Notes: generated by a model from the sequence alone, not told the origin. Positions 40,508-51,144 are shown, counted from the first letter of the stretch. The stretch is DNA of 64,000 nucleotides from a virus (IMGVR_UViG_3300033463_000032:1-64000); one strand, 5' to 3'. Numbers and translations: made by a program.

Positions 40508-41419
40508 ATGATAACTAATTTAAATGAATCTGCTAACTATGATACAAAGCTAATTGCTAAGTGGCTTAAAGCAAAGTTTGATGATGAAGCATTTGGTACA
40601 GCAAAAACAATGCATGGTACATCAGATGCAGAGAGATATATGAACAGAAATAATCTTGTATATAATTCTGCTACAAAGATAGTTGGTGTATATCAAGGTA
40701 GTGATTGGAGAAATCCTACACCAATTTATAAAGTAATTCCTCAGTATGGTTCTAAGAAAGTACAAGGTACTTATGCACCTAAACTTCCTAAAATCATACC
40801 TATTGATGAGTACAATTCTATGTATGGTGAATCATATGTGAAAGAATCTTCACATACAGATTTAGTTAATAAGATATATTCAGTAATGGCAAATTATGAA
40901 TATGGTTATGATCCTGATATGTCTGATATAAATGCTATGCTACAAGAATTAGTCATAAATAATGGAATAGATGATATTAAGTCTAATGCATTTAAAAAGG
41001 CTTGGATTTCAGCTCATAATAAAGCAGAAAGAAAAGTTTGGGGCAGATCAGGTGATGCTATGAAATATGACGATCTTACTCCTGGTGAACAAGATGCTAT
41101 AGATAATTTTGATGAAGATTATTGGAAAAGATGGCGTAAACACTCAAAAACTGAATCAAAGAGATTGGTTAAAGAATCTTTTGATGATGATTGGACAGTA
41201 TCAACAACTTCTCAATTTTATGATGGTAGAAAACAAACACTTAGAAAGTTTACTAGAGAACTAGATGGTCATAAAATTCTTGTATGTCCTAAATACAATG
41301 AAAAATTTGATCAGATAGACTGGACTGTTTTCTTAGATGGTGAAAAGAAAGAAGTTTTTGAAACATCATATGATGCAATAGACTTTGTAGATTATGAATT
41401 AGCAGACTTGTATCTTTAA
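40508..41419 (+). CDS. Three-module protein (MITNLNES leader; ESYVKES and TESKRLVKES linkers)
   Basis: ORF track. Confidence 0.7.
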   Translation: MITNLNESANYDTKLIAKWLKAKFDDEAFGTAKTMHGTSDAERYMNRNNLVYNSATKIVGVYQGSDWRNPTPIYKVIPQYGSKKVQGTYAPKLPKIIPIDEYNSMYGESYVKESSHTDLVNKIYSVMANYEYGYDPDMSDINAMLQELVINNGIDDIKSNAFKKAWISAHNKAERKVWGRSGDAMKYDDLTPGEQDAIDNFDEDYWKRWRKHSKTESKRLVKESFDDDWTVSTTSQFYDGRKQTLRKFTRELDGHKILVCPKYNEKFDQIDWTVFLDGEKKEVFETSYDAIDFVDYELADLYL

Positions 41420-41428
41420 CAGTAAATA

Positions 41429-41462
41429 AAAGGCATTTGTACTATATGGTGTAAATGCCTTT
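41429..41462 (+). terminator. Hairpin terminator ending the array
   Basis: AAAGGCATTT...AAATGCCTTT. Confidence 0.65.
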
Positions 41463-41556
41463 AATCTATGTTCTAAGGCTTTTATTAAAAAGATAGGAAA
41501 AGTATCATAAGAAGAATTAGAAAGCATTAGAAACGAAAATAGAGGGGTTACAGAGT

Positions 41557-41922
41557 ATGAATGATAACATATTAGAAATAAAACGTGGTACAACACCTAC
41601 CATTACAATGAATATGCCGGAAGAAATACCTCTTGTTGAAGTAGTTGATATCTGGGTATCTATTAGTCAAATCACTAGAACATCAGTTCCGGTAATTAAC
41701 AAGACAATGAATGATTGTACCATTGATTATGATAATAAAATAATTTCAGTTCTATTATCACAGGAAGATACTCTTAGACTTCTTCCTACACAGAATACCG
41801 GAGTACAATATAATCTTTCTACTTATATTGAGATCAGTCTTAAGTTTAGTGATGGTAGTAGAGCAACATCAAATAAACAGTTAATAACTGTATTAGATAA
41901 TGTAAAGGAAGGGGTAATGTAA
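41557..41922 (+). CDS. BppU-N-like virion adaptor protein
   Basis: IKRGTTPT...LSQEDTL.L. Confidence 0.6.
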   Translation: MNDNILEIKRGTTPTITMNMPEEIPLVEVVDIWVSISQITRTSVPVINKTMNDCTIDYDNKIISVLLSQEDTLRLLPTQNTGVQYNLSTYIEISLKFSDGSRATSNKQLITVLDNVKEGVM

Positions 41923-41923
41923 T

Positions 41924-42418
41924 ATGCCAGATATAAATTTCACTCCTAAGTTTGATACAAAAATAGAAGTTACCACTAGTGGTGAAGGTGCTATTAAATC
42001 AATAAGTCTTAATGGTAAACCAATTCCTCCAGATGAAAATGGTAATGTTGATCTGGGTCTTTTCTACACTATTCATGGAACCTATGAGGGAAGCATATAT
42101 AGGAATACCTCTGGTAATATAGGAATATCTGAGACAGTAGAAGAGTCAGCAGAAGATGTCTTTAAAGCATTAGAAGATGGAAAGATCCTTTATTTTGATT
42201 TACTTCATGATGAATCTGGTAAGGCTATTACTACCAGATTTTCTTGCAGTATGCATACTCATGGTATATTCAGTGATGATGGTGTGGATTATTGTGCAGA
42301 TGGAATAATTTTTAATGGGAAGGAAGGATGTTTAGTTACACTATCTGTTTGGATTCTTAGATCTCTTGAAGGAGAATTTATAGAATTTAATACCAGTATT
42401 AGTGTTAAAGAAATTTAA
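41924..42418 (+). CDS. Putative fibre-associated protein
   Basis: IKSISLNGKPIPPDENGNVDL motif, also seen in ORF 1-1113. Confidence 0.55.
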   Translation: MPDINFTPKFDTKIEVTTSGEGAIKSISLNGKPIPPDENGNVDLGLFYTIHGTYEGSIYRNTSGNIGISETVEESAEDVFKALEDGKILYFDLLHDESGKAITTRFSCSMHTHGIFSDDGVDYCADGIIFNGKEGCLVTLSVWILRSLEGEFIEFNTSISVKEI

Positions 42419-42624
42419 AATAACTTTCTATTTGTATATATTTATATCCATCAATGAATTGTGTCTTTACAATAAAAACAAATATATTTAAAATAAAAGA
42501 GAATTAGATGTATATCAATATGTCCGATTCTAATTTAACCATTCCTAAAAAGTATTATCACAGATTGATATAAGATCCTGTGGTAATACTTTAAAACTAT
42601 GTAATTAAATAACATAGAGGTGAA

Positions 42625-43776
42625 TTGATAGTGAATACCTATGGATATGTCTATATGACAACCAATTTAATAAATGGTAAAAGATATATAGGACAACATG
42701 CATATTCAGTATTTAATGAAAACTATAAAGGATCTGGAACTTATTTAACTAATGCTATAAAAAAGTATGGTGTTGAAAATTTTAAAACAGAACTTATAGA
42801 ATGGTGTGAAACACAAGAAAAGTTAGATGAAAGAGAAAGATATTGGATTGCATATTATAATGCAGTAGAATCTGATGATTTTTATAATCTTGCTACTGGT
42901 GGTATTAATGGCAATCCTAGAAAGGGTACTAAATTTTCTTTAGAAGCAAGAAAGAAAATGTCTAGTAGGGTTTCTGGTGCTGGTAATCCTATGTATGGTA
43001 AAAATCATACTGAGAACTCCAGGAAAAAGATTTCTGAAAATCATGCTAACTTTAAAGGTGAACATTCACCTAGTTATAATAGAATTGCTATTAATGATGG
43101 TATAAAGATTAAATATGTGCGATCAGAAGATTTAGAAAGATATCTTTCTAAAGGCTGGATAATAGGTATTACAGAGGAAAGAAAACAAATACAATCTAAA
43201 TCATTTAAAGGAAGGAAACACACAGAAGATTATAAAAAGAAACAGTCAGAACGTATGTCTGGTAAAAATAATCCTATGTATGGAAGAAAAGCTTCAAAAG
43301 AAACTAAAAGTCTTATGACACAGCAAAGACTTGGAAGAAGATGGATTAACAATGGTAAAGAAAATAAATTTGTTAAACCAGATGATTTGGAATCTTTATT
43401 AAATGAAGGTTGGGTTTTAGGAAAACTAGTAAACCTTAGTACAGAAATTCGAAAGAAACAAGGAGAAAGTGGTAAAGGAAAAGTTTGGATTAATAATGGA
43501 GCAGAAACCATCAGAATTATGCCAGAATTTTTAGAATCTTATTTTTTAGATGGGTGGGTGTTAGGTCTTTCTGAAAGCTATAAGAATAAGATTTCTGTTT
43601 CACGATTAGGCAAAAAACAATCACTTGATCAAATTAAGGCTAGATCTAAAACTTTTAAAGGTAGAATTTGGATAAATAATGGAATAGAAAATAAATGGGT
43701 ACAACCTATGGAACTAGAAAATTATTTGTCTAATGGTTATGTTAAAGGTAAACTAGTAAAAGGCAAAGCATCATAA
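42625..43776 (+). CDS. Free-standing GIY-YIG homing endonuclease (Seg-like) with NUMOD3 and WINNG repeats
   Basis: GYVYMTTN...YIGQH, FYNLA.GG. Confidence 0.9.
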   Translation: MIVNTYGYVYMTTNLINGKRYIGQHAYSVFNENYKGSGTYLTNAIKKYGVENFKTELIEWCETQEKLDERERYWIAYYNAVESDDFYNLATGGINGNPRKGTKFSLEARKKMSSRVSGAGNPMYGKNHTENSRKKISENHANFKGEHSPSYNRIAINDGIKIKYVRSEDLERYLSKGWIIGITEERKQIQSKSFKGRKHTEDYKKKQSERMSGKNNPMYGRKASKETKSLMTQQRLGRRWINNGKENKFVKPDDLESLLNEGWVLGKLVNLSTEIRKKQGESGKGKVWINNGAETIRIMPEFLESYFLDGWVLGLSESYKNKISVSRLGKKQSLDQIKARSKTFKGRIWINNGIENKWVQPMELENYLSNGYVKGKLVKGKAS

Positions 43777-43792
43777 TAAAGAAGGTGTTATT

Positions 43793-45361
43793 TTGAGTAT
43801 ATTATTAACAGAAAAAGTAGGTTGTCTTGAAAATGCTGGTTCTCCAATGAATCCTAATTGTTTAGGCCATCTTGCAGGAATTGGAGGAGACTTAAGAAAA
43901 CCTACTAGAAATGGTAGATTATACAATCAAGAACTTTGGGAAAAGGTAATGGCTTCTGATGATTTCAAGGAAATGATGGAATCCAAAACTTGTTTCTGCG
44001 AAGCTAATCATCCAACTGACCGTATTGATACGGACATTCGGGAAGTGTGTGCAGTTCTTACTAATATGGAAATTAGAAAGGATGAGGGAATTCTTTGGGT
44101 AGAGTTTGATATTCTTGATACACCACAAGGAAGAATTCTTAAATCTCTTGTAGACTATGGTTGTAAGATTGGAGTTTCTTCCAGAGGACTTGGTGATGAA
44201 ATTCAAAGAAATGGTGAAATAATCATAGATCCTGATACATATAGTTATTATGGTCATGATATGGTAGTACAACCGGCAGTTAAATCAGCAAGACCGGATG
44301 TAGTTGAATCAAAGGCCAGAGCAAAGGTAACAGATGTATTTAGGAAAGAAATAGAAAATGCTACAACTCAATCTGAATTAGTAGGATTGAAGAGATTAGC
44401 AGAATCGGTAAATGTACCAAATCTGGATTTAATAACTGAATCCATTGATAATAAACTTTCTAGTGGTTCTTTAAGTGGAAATAATATTTCTGAACACTTA
44501 GAAGATGATTTGGGTAGACTTGCAGAAGAGAATGAACAACTCAAAACTCAGGTTGAAAATCTTAAAAAGGCTAATAATATTGGTGCTAAGAGAAGTAAGC
44601 AATTAACTGAGACATTTGAAAGTGAAGCTAAAACTGCAAGAAGAACATTGAGAAAACTTGAAGTTCAAACAGAAAGATTAGAAAGAACTAATCAGGATTT
44701 GAATGACGAGTTGGATCAGAAGAACATTCAGTTAGAAAGGCTTGAAAGAGTTAATAAAAGAAAAACTGAATCATTAGAGCAACAACTTGAAGATGCATTG
44801 AAAAAGATTTCTTCTCTTGAAAGAAAAGTCAAATCACTTAATGAAAGTTATGATGCTGTTATTAGTGAGAATGATGATCTTAAAGATGAGATCACAAGGT
44901 TATCTGAATCTTGTGATAGGAGTAATTCAAGGGTTATTGAATTGGAGAATGAAATTTCAAATAAATCTAATGAGTTGAATTCTCTTTATGAAGAGAATGA
45001 TCTGCTTAATGGTGAGTTTGAAAAAGTTAATTCAAAACAAGCATTAACTGAAAACAAAGTACAAGATGTATCTAATGAACTTAATGAATCAAAGAAGCAA
45101 ATTTCTGAGGTTCTTGTTAAGTATCTTGATGCTAAATGCGTGTCAGAAGGAATTGACAGGAATAGAGCATCATCAATGTTGAATGGTAGATATACTACTA
45201 AAGACATTGATATGGTGGTAGAAAAGTTGGCAGATGAAAAGAAGAGGTTGAATAAACTTCCTATTGCTCTTAATGGTAGTATTTCTGCTAAACTTGAATC
45301 CTATTCCGGTTTAAACCCGGAAGATGCTCAAACAATGAAATTCCTTACTGGTTTTAAATAA
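43793..45361 (+). CDS. Prohead protease (T4 gp21-like) fused to a coiled-coil scaffold
   Basis: TRNGRLY, E.NHP, DTPQGRIL, GVSSRGLG; long C-terminal heptad region. Confidence 0.9.
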   Translation: MSILLTEKVGCLENAGSPMNPNCLGHLAGIGGDLRKPTRNGRLYNQELWEKVMASDDFKEMMESKTCFCEANHPTDRIDTDIREVCAVLTNMEIRKDEGILWVEFDILDTPQGRILKSLVDYGCKIGVSSRGLGDEIQRNGEIIIDPDTYSYYGHDMVVQPAVKSARPDVVESKARAKVTDVFRKEIENATTQSELVGLKRLAESVNVPNLDLITESIDNKLSSGSLSGNNISEHLEDDLGRLAEENEQLKTQVENLKKANNIGAKRSKQLTETFESEAKTARRTLRKLEVQTERLERTNQDLNDELDQKNIQLERLERVNKRKTESLEQQLEDALKKISSLERKVKSLNESYDAVISENDDLKDEITRLSESCDRSNSRVIELENEISNKSNELNSLYEENDLLNGEFEKVNSKQALTENKVQDVSNELNESKKQISEVLVKYLDAKCVSEGIDRNRASSMLNGRYTTKDIDMVVEKLADEKKRLNKLPIALNGSISAKLESYSGLNPEDAQTMKFLTGFK

Positions 45362-45388
45362 TATAAAATTTGAAAGGAATTAATTACT

Positions 45389-48300
45389 ATGGCTATCGCA
45401 AGTATGATGAATCAAAAGTCACAGTACCTCATTGGTAAGTATGCCAAGAGGATTAAGATGGTAGAGAGTGTTCAGGGTAAGCCTCTCTCCTATGAAAAGA
45501 AAGTAGTTCTTGCTAACTGCTTAGAGAATACAGCAGATCGTATTAAGGCATTTGAAGCTACTAACCCTGGTCAGATCGGTAAACAACTTGCCGCATAATA
45601 TGGTAACATATTATGGAAAACCTAGTGAATTGCTGGAAACTCCTAATATTTAATATCTCGGTGTTAGGACAATCAGCAGCTTTATATCAATAATAAGGTA
45701 GGACAGTAGGTTCGAAACTATTTCTTACTACCCTTAATGGTAAGATTACTACCTCATTATATAGATTAAATCTTTAAGGGAGATTTAAGATATGTATGGA
45801 TATATTTATTTAATAACCAATAAAGTAAATGGTAAAAAGTACATAGGACAAAGAACAGCGGATTTTAAAACTGATTCTAAATACTTAGGATCTGGAACTC
45901 TTATTAAGAAAGCAGTTGCTAAGTATGGTACAGAAAGTTTTAATAAAGAACTTCTTGAAGAATGTAATTCAAAAGAAGAATTAGATGATAAAGAAAAGTT
46001 CTGGATTTTAAAATTTAATGCTATAGAAGATGAATCATTTTATAATCTTGCAAATGGAGCTAATGGTTCTACTAAAGGTTCTAAAAGATCAGAAGAAACT
46101 AAACGTAAGCAATCTGAGAAAGCAAAACTTAGAAGTATAGATGAAGATACTAGAAAGAAAATATCTAAGACAATATCTTCACAATGTTGGGTTAATGATG
46201 GTCATATAGAAACTAAGGCAACAAAAGAAACATTAGATGAATACTTAAATAAAGGATTTGTTTTAGGTAGATTACCATTTAGTGAAGATACTAAACATAA
46301 CATGAGTGTTTCATTTACCAGAAGAACTCATACAGAAGAAACTAAGCAACATATAAGTAAAATTACTTCTGGTGATCATAATCCTTTTTATGGTAAGAAA
46401 CATTCTGAAATTAGTAAAAAGAAAATGTCTGAAAGAGCTAAAGGTAGAAAAGCATCTACACAGACAAAACAAATACTATCAAGTCAAAGACTTGGAAGAA
46501 AATGGATTAACAATGGTAAAGAAAATAAATTTGTTAAACCAGATGATTTAGAAAAGTATTTACTTGATGGTTGGTTATTAGGAATATATCATTGATATGA
46601 AGTTCAACGACTATCGAAAGCATAATGTAAGAGAAAGACTTACATGAAGAAGCGAGTAGAGTAAGGTTCAAGTGAACTCAAGTGCTAGGGTTCTTAATAA
46701 TGGTAACAGTTATTAAGAATGTGATATAGTCTGAACTCTATAGTAATATAGAGAAAATAAACGGAAACGGTTTATTTGTAACATAATTGCAGTATAAGAG
46801 ATATGCATTGGACTTAGTTACGGCTACATTGCCGAATCTTATTGCATTTGATCTTTATGCAGTACAGCCTATGGATAATAGGATCGGTAAACAATCTGCC
46901 GCTTAAGTTAGTGATAACTTAAGAAAACTCGGTGAAAACAGGGGAAACCTTATATTTGAGGTAAGATATAAGACAATCCTGTGCGAAGTCTTACAATTAA
47001 ATATTACTTATTACTTTATGATATAATCTAAGGTAATAAGGTAGGACAGTAGGTTCGAAACTATTTCTTACTACCTCTTATTTAGTGAGATTACTACCTT
47101 GTTAAATATAAACTTAATCTTAAGAGGAGATTAAAAGTATGTATGGTTATATTTATATGACTACTGATATTACCAATAATAAAAAATATATTGGTAAGCA
47201 CAAAGCTAGTGAATTTACTACTAAGTATGTAGGTTCTGGAAAGTGTCTATTAAGAGCAATAAAACAACACGGAAAAGAAAATTTTAAAGTTGTTATGTTA
47301 GAAGCTTGTAATACTTTAGAAGAACTTAATGAAAAGGAAAAATTCTATATTGCTAAATATGATGCATTGAACTCTAAAGATTTTTATAATATACACCCTG
47401 GCGGTGATGGTGGTGACATTGCATTGTATTTATCAAAATCTAAACTGACTCATATAAGAAAAGAACATTCTAAATATATTTTAGATAGACTTAAAACTGA
47501 TGAGGAATTTCATAGTAGATTTGCTGGTGCTAAGAAAGGTCACAAGTGTTATCAAGGCACTAAGGACAAAATAGGTTCTGCTCAAAAGAATTATTGGAGC
47601 AGAACACCGTATGAAATTAAACATGAAAGACTTTCTAGGAGTGCAACTACTAGATGTACTGGTAGAATCTGGATAACTAATGAAGTTATTGATAAATTTA
47701 TAAAACCAGAACATTTAGATGAGTTTTTAGCAGTAGGCTTTAGAATAGGTAGGAAGTTTCAAAAACGTAATAGACCTTGTAAGAAACGTTAAACGACTAT
47801 CGAAAACACTATCAATGAGAAAGACATTGAATAGGAAGTGAGTAGAGTACATTCTAAGTAGAATGGAAGTGCCGAGCATCTTATTAGTGGTAAAAGTTAA
47901 TAAGATGATGATATAGTCTGAACTCTATGGTGACATAGAGAGTTATATTGGAAACGAATATAACGTAACATAAATTGATGATCAATTACCTTGATTACAC
48001 ATACCAGTCAAATAAGGGTGATGTAGTAAATGGTCAGGTATTTAATGGAGCTCTTAAGGGTTCTTTCTCTGATAAGGATTACACATCTGCATTTGTAAAT
48101 GGTGAGAAGTTTGTAGGTGATGGTTCTAACAAGGTATTTAATCTTGCTTGGACACCGGTTGACACAAGAGTAACAACCCAGATTGGTGAGTCTGTTCTTC
48201 CGATCATTACAGTTGGTGGATCTCCGGTTACTGTAGAGATTGATAATGGCCAGACAAATCCTGGTGCATTAGTATCTGCTAGTGGTGTAGTTACATTTGA

Positions 48301-51062
48301 TACTGCTCCGAGCAATAATGCAGAAGTAGTTGTTAAGTATTGGTTCTTGAATGAAGATGTAAGATCTAATGGTTTTGGTGCATTTGGTGGTCCTAACAAT
48401 GGCAATCAGGCTATTGACGGAGCTAGAGGTGCTGCTGGATTTACAAATGTTCCGGAAATGGGCCTTAAGATGCAGACAGTACCTGTAGAGGCTAAGGCTA
48501 GAACACTTAGAGCATATTGGGCCTTTGATGCTCAGTATGAGCTTTCTAAGGAATATGGCCAGTCTATTGAGGATCTGTTAGCTACACAGGCTTCTGGTGA
48601 AATTGCCCATAGACGTTTTGTGGCATAATATATAAATAAGGTTAATAGTGTGATAGAATAAAAAAAAGAAACAAAACATTCAACATTTTAAATTTGATTG
48701 TTTTGTGGGACAGTAGGTTCGAAACTATTTCTACATTCCTTAACAATGTAGATTACCACAATTCAAATATAAAAATTAGTTAAGGTGATTTTTATGGCAA
48801 AGAAAAATTCTAAATGTTACACAGATGGAAAACAAAACATCTATATAAGTGAAGGGATGGAAATACCGGAAGGTTTTTATAAAGGCTTTGCTTATAAATC
48901 AGAAAGTACATTAAAGAATAGGGTTCAAAAAACTGCTAAGACAAAATTAGACCGTTATGGATCTGAAACTTATAATAATTCTGAAAAGAGTAAGCAAACG
49001 TGTTTAACCAGATATGGTACAGAAAATCCTTTAAAGTCTGAACAAATAAAAGATAAGATCAGACAAACAAACTTAGATAGATATGGTGTTGAAAATCCAT
49101 TTCAAAACAAAGAAGTTAAAACCAAAGTAAAGCAAACATTGTTAGAAAAGTATGGTGTTGAAAACATAGCACAAACAGAAAGTCACAAACAAAAGGTAAG
49201 TGATTTCTGGAAAAACATTTCTGAGGATCGTTTGGTTGAAATTTCTGATAAGAAAAGAAAAACTTGTTTAGAAAAATATGGTAAACAATCTGTAGGGCAA
49301 GTACCGGAGTTCCGGGAAAAGATAGAAAAGACTTGCATAGAAAGATATGGTGTACCGACATATTTAATGACAGAAGAAGTCAGATTAACAACATCTAATG
49401 ATTCTGGTCCTAATCAAGATTTTGAAAACAAACTTAAAGAAGTTGGTTTAGCTTTTAGCAGAGAATATCATATTGATAGAAAGAGTTATGATTTTCTTTG
49501 TAGTGATACATTAATAGAGATCAATCCATATGCAACACATAATTCAACATGGGGCATATTTGGTAGAGATCCTTTAGATAAGAGATATCATTACGAAAAA
49601 ACAAGACTTGCAAAAAGAAATGGATTTAGATGTATAAATATTTGGGACTGGGATGATAAAGATAAAGTATTATCTTTGATAACACCTAAATCAAAAATAT
49701 ATGCCAGAAAGTGTAAGATTTTAGAAATATCTTCTGAGGCCAGTAAAGATTATCTTAACACCTGGCATTTACAAGGTAATGTTAATTCTGATATTAGGGT
49801 TGCATTAATCTATGAAGATCAAATAGTATCATTAATGACATTTGGTAAGAGTAGATACAATAAAAAGTATCAATATGAATTGTTACGTTATTGTTCAAGT
49901 AAATGTGTAATTGGTGGATCAGAAAAACTTTTTAAGTATTTTTTGAAAACCTATAAGCCGGAAAGTATTATAAGTTATTGTGATCTTTCTAAGTTTACAG
50001 GAACTGTATATGGTAAGTTAGGATTTACTTACAAAACTTATACAATAGGTAAGCATTGGTATAATCCTAAAACACAAACACATATTACAGATAACTTATT
50101 AAGGCAAAGAGGTTTTGATCAACTGCTAGGAAAAACTTATGGATGTTTTGGAAAAGGAACAAGTAATGAACAGTTAATGCTACAACATGGTTTCGTTGAA
50201 ATTTATGATTGTGGTCAAGCTACATATACTTGGAGCATTAAATAACCTTATGAAATTATTATGAAAACCTCGTTAATTGCTGGAAACTCTTAAAGACTTA
50301 TCACCTTTAAGACAATCAGCAACTATATATCGATTATGATATGTAGCTCAGAGACTATCGAAAGCATAATGTAAGAGAAAGACTTACATGAAGAAGCGAG
50401 TAGAGTAAGGTTCAAGTGAACTTGAAATGCGAGGGTTCTTATTAATGGTAACAGTTAATGAGAACGTGATATAGTCCGATCTTTATGGTGACATAAAGAA
50501 TTATGATGGAAACGATCATAATGTAACATAAATGGAAATTGATAATGAGCTTACAATCGATCTTCTTACGACCGCTATTGGCAATACAAATCCTGAGCTT
50601 TATATGAGATCTTGGTCTAAGGTACAGCCTACGGGTGTATCTCTTGCAGATCACTATGATGGTTTCATTGAGAAGATCATTGATTGTTCTAATGCTATTA
50701 ACGCAGCAACAAGAAAAGTATCTGCAAACTTTATGGTATGTGGACTTGGAGTTGCTACTGTTGTTAAGGTAATGAGAACATTCCAGGCTTCTGGTAACAT
50801 TGCAAATGGTCCTTACTATCTTGGAACTCTTGGTGATATCAAGGTTTATGTAAACCCTGATTATCCGGCAGATTATTTTGTAATGGGTTATAAGGGTACT
50901 AACATGTTTGATGCTGGTGCTTTCTATCTCCCTTATATGCCTGTAACATCAACAGATACGATCATGACTGCTGATTTCCGTGGTGAGAAGGCTTGGGCAA
51001 CAATGTATGCTAAGAAGATTCTCAATAAGGATATGTATGTTGCTGGTCAGATTACTAAGTAA
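45389..51062 (+). CDS. Major capsid protein (T4 gp23-like), 4 exons: 45389-45580, 46790-46888, 47978-48610, 50535-51062 (483 aa)
   Basis: Exons join in frame; PNLIAFDLYAVQPM, VEAKARTLRA.W, EIAH|EIDNE, FYLPYMP. Confidence 0.93.
45581..46789 (+). mobile_element. Group I intron 1 in MCP
   Basis: Exon ends in U (ATCGGT), P1 with TTGCCG, core AATTGCTGGAA/AATCAGCAG/GACTATCG/GATATAGTC, ends in G. Confidence 0.9.
45792..46595 (+). CDS. Intron-encoded GIY-YIG endonuclease
   Basis: MYGYIYLITN...YIGQ; NUMOD3. Confidence 0.9.
   Translation: MYGYIYLITNKVNGKKYIGQRTADFKTDSKYLGSGTLIKKAVAKYGTESFNKELLEECNSKEELDDKEKFWILKFNAIEDESFYNLANGANGSTKGSKRSEETKRKQSEKAKLRSIDEDTRKKISKTISSQCWVNDGHIETKATKETLDEYLNKGFVLGRLPFSEDTKHNMSVSFTRRTHTEETKQHISKITSGDHNPFYGKKHSEISKKKMSERAKGRKASTQTKQILSSQRLGRKWINNGKENKFVKPDDLEKYLLDGWLLGIYH
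46889..47977 (+). mobile_element. Group I intron 2 in MCP
   Basis: After ATCGGT; P7 GACTAT/ATAGTC; ends GTAACATAAATTG. Confidence 0.9.
47139..47792 (+). CDS. Intron-encoded GIY-YIG endonuclease
   Basis: MYGYIYMTT...YIGKH. Confidence 0.9.
   Translation: MYGYIYMTTDITNNKKYIGKHKASEFTTKYVGSGKCLLRAIKQHGKENFKVVMLEACNTLEELNEKEKFYIAKYDALNSKDFYNIHPGGDGGDIALYLSKSKLTHIRKEHSKYILDRLKTDEEFHSRFAGAKKGHKCYQGTKDKIGSAQKNYWSRTPYEIKHERLSRSATTRCTGRIWITNEVIDKFIKPEHLDEFLAVGFRIGRKFQKRNRPCKKR
48611..50534 (+). mobile_element. Group I intron 3 in MCP
   Basis: After GCCCAT; catalytic core lies downstream of the ORF; ends GTAACATAAATG. Confidence 0.88.
48794..50245 (+). CDS. Intron-encoded putative endonuclease (T.L.RYG.EN repeats + PD-(D/E)XK/Hef-like domain)
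   Basis: YDF...LIEIN...H...; ARKC...HLQG; YCD.S...G..Y. Confidence 0.75.
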   Translation: MAKKNSKCYTDGKQNIYISEGMEIPEGFYKGFAYKSESTLKNRVQKTAKTKLDRYGSETYNNSEKSKQTCLTRYGTENPLKSEQIKDKIRQTNLDRYGVENPFQNKEVKTKVKQTLLEKYGVENIAQTESHKQKVSDFWKNISEDRLVEISDKKRKTCLEKYGKQSVGQVPEFREKIEKTCIERYGVPTYLMTEEVRLTTSNDSGPNQDFENKLKEVGLAFSREYHIDRKSYDFLCSDTLIEINPYATHNSTWGIFGRDPLDKRYHYEKTRLAKRNGFRCINIWDWDDKDKVLSLITPKSKIYARKCKILEISSEASKDYLNTWHLQGNVNSDIRVALIYEDQIVSLMTFGKSRYNKKYQYELLRYCSSKCVIGGSEKLFKYFLKTYKPESIISYCDLSKFTGTVYGKLGFTYKTYTIGKHWYNPKTQTHITDNLLRQRGFDQLLGKTYGCFGKGTSNEQLMLQHGFVEIYDCGQATYTWSIK

Positions 51063-51078
51063 TCTTAAGTAATATAAA

Positions 51079-51108
51079 CTCTAGGCTAGGATAAAACTTA
51101 GCCTAGAG
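51079..51108 (+). terminator. Hairpin after MCP
   Basis: CTCTAGGCTA/TAGCCTAGAG. Confidence 0.65.
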
Positions 51109-51144
51109 ATATTCTTATAATTTAAAGAAAGGAAAATAATACTT

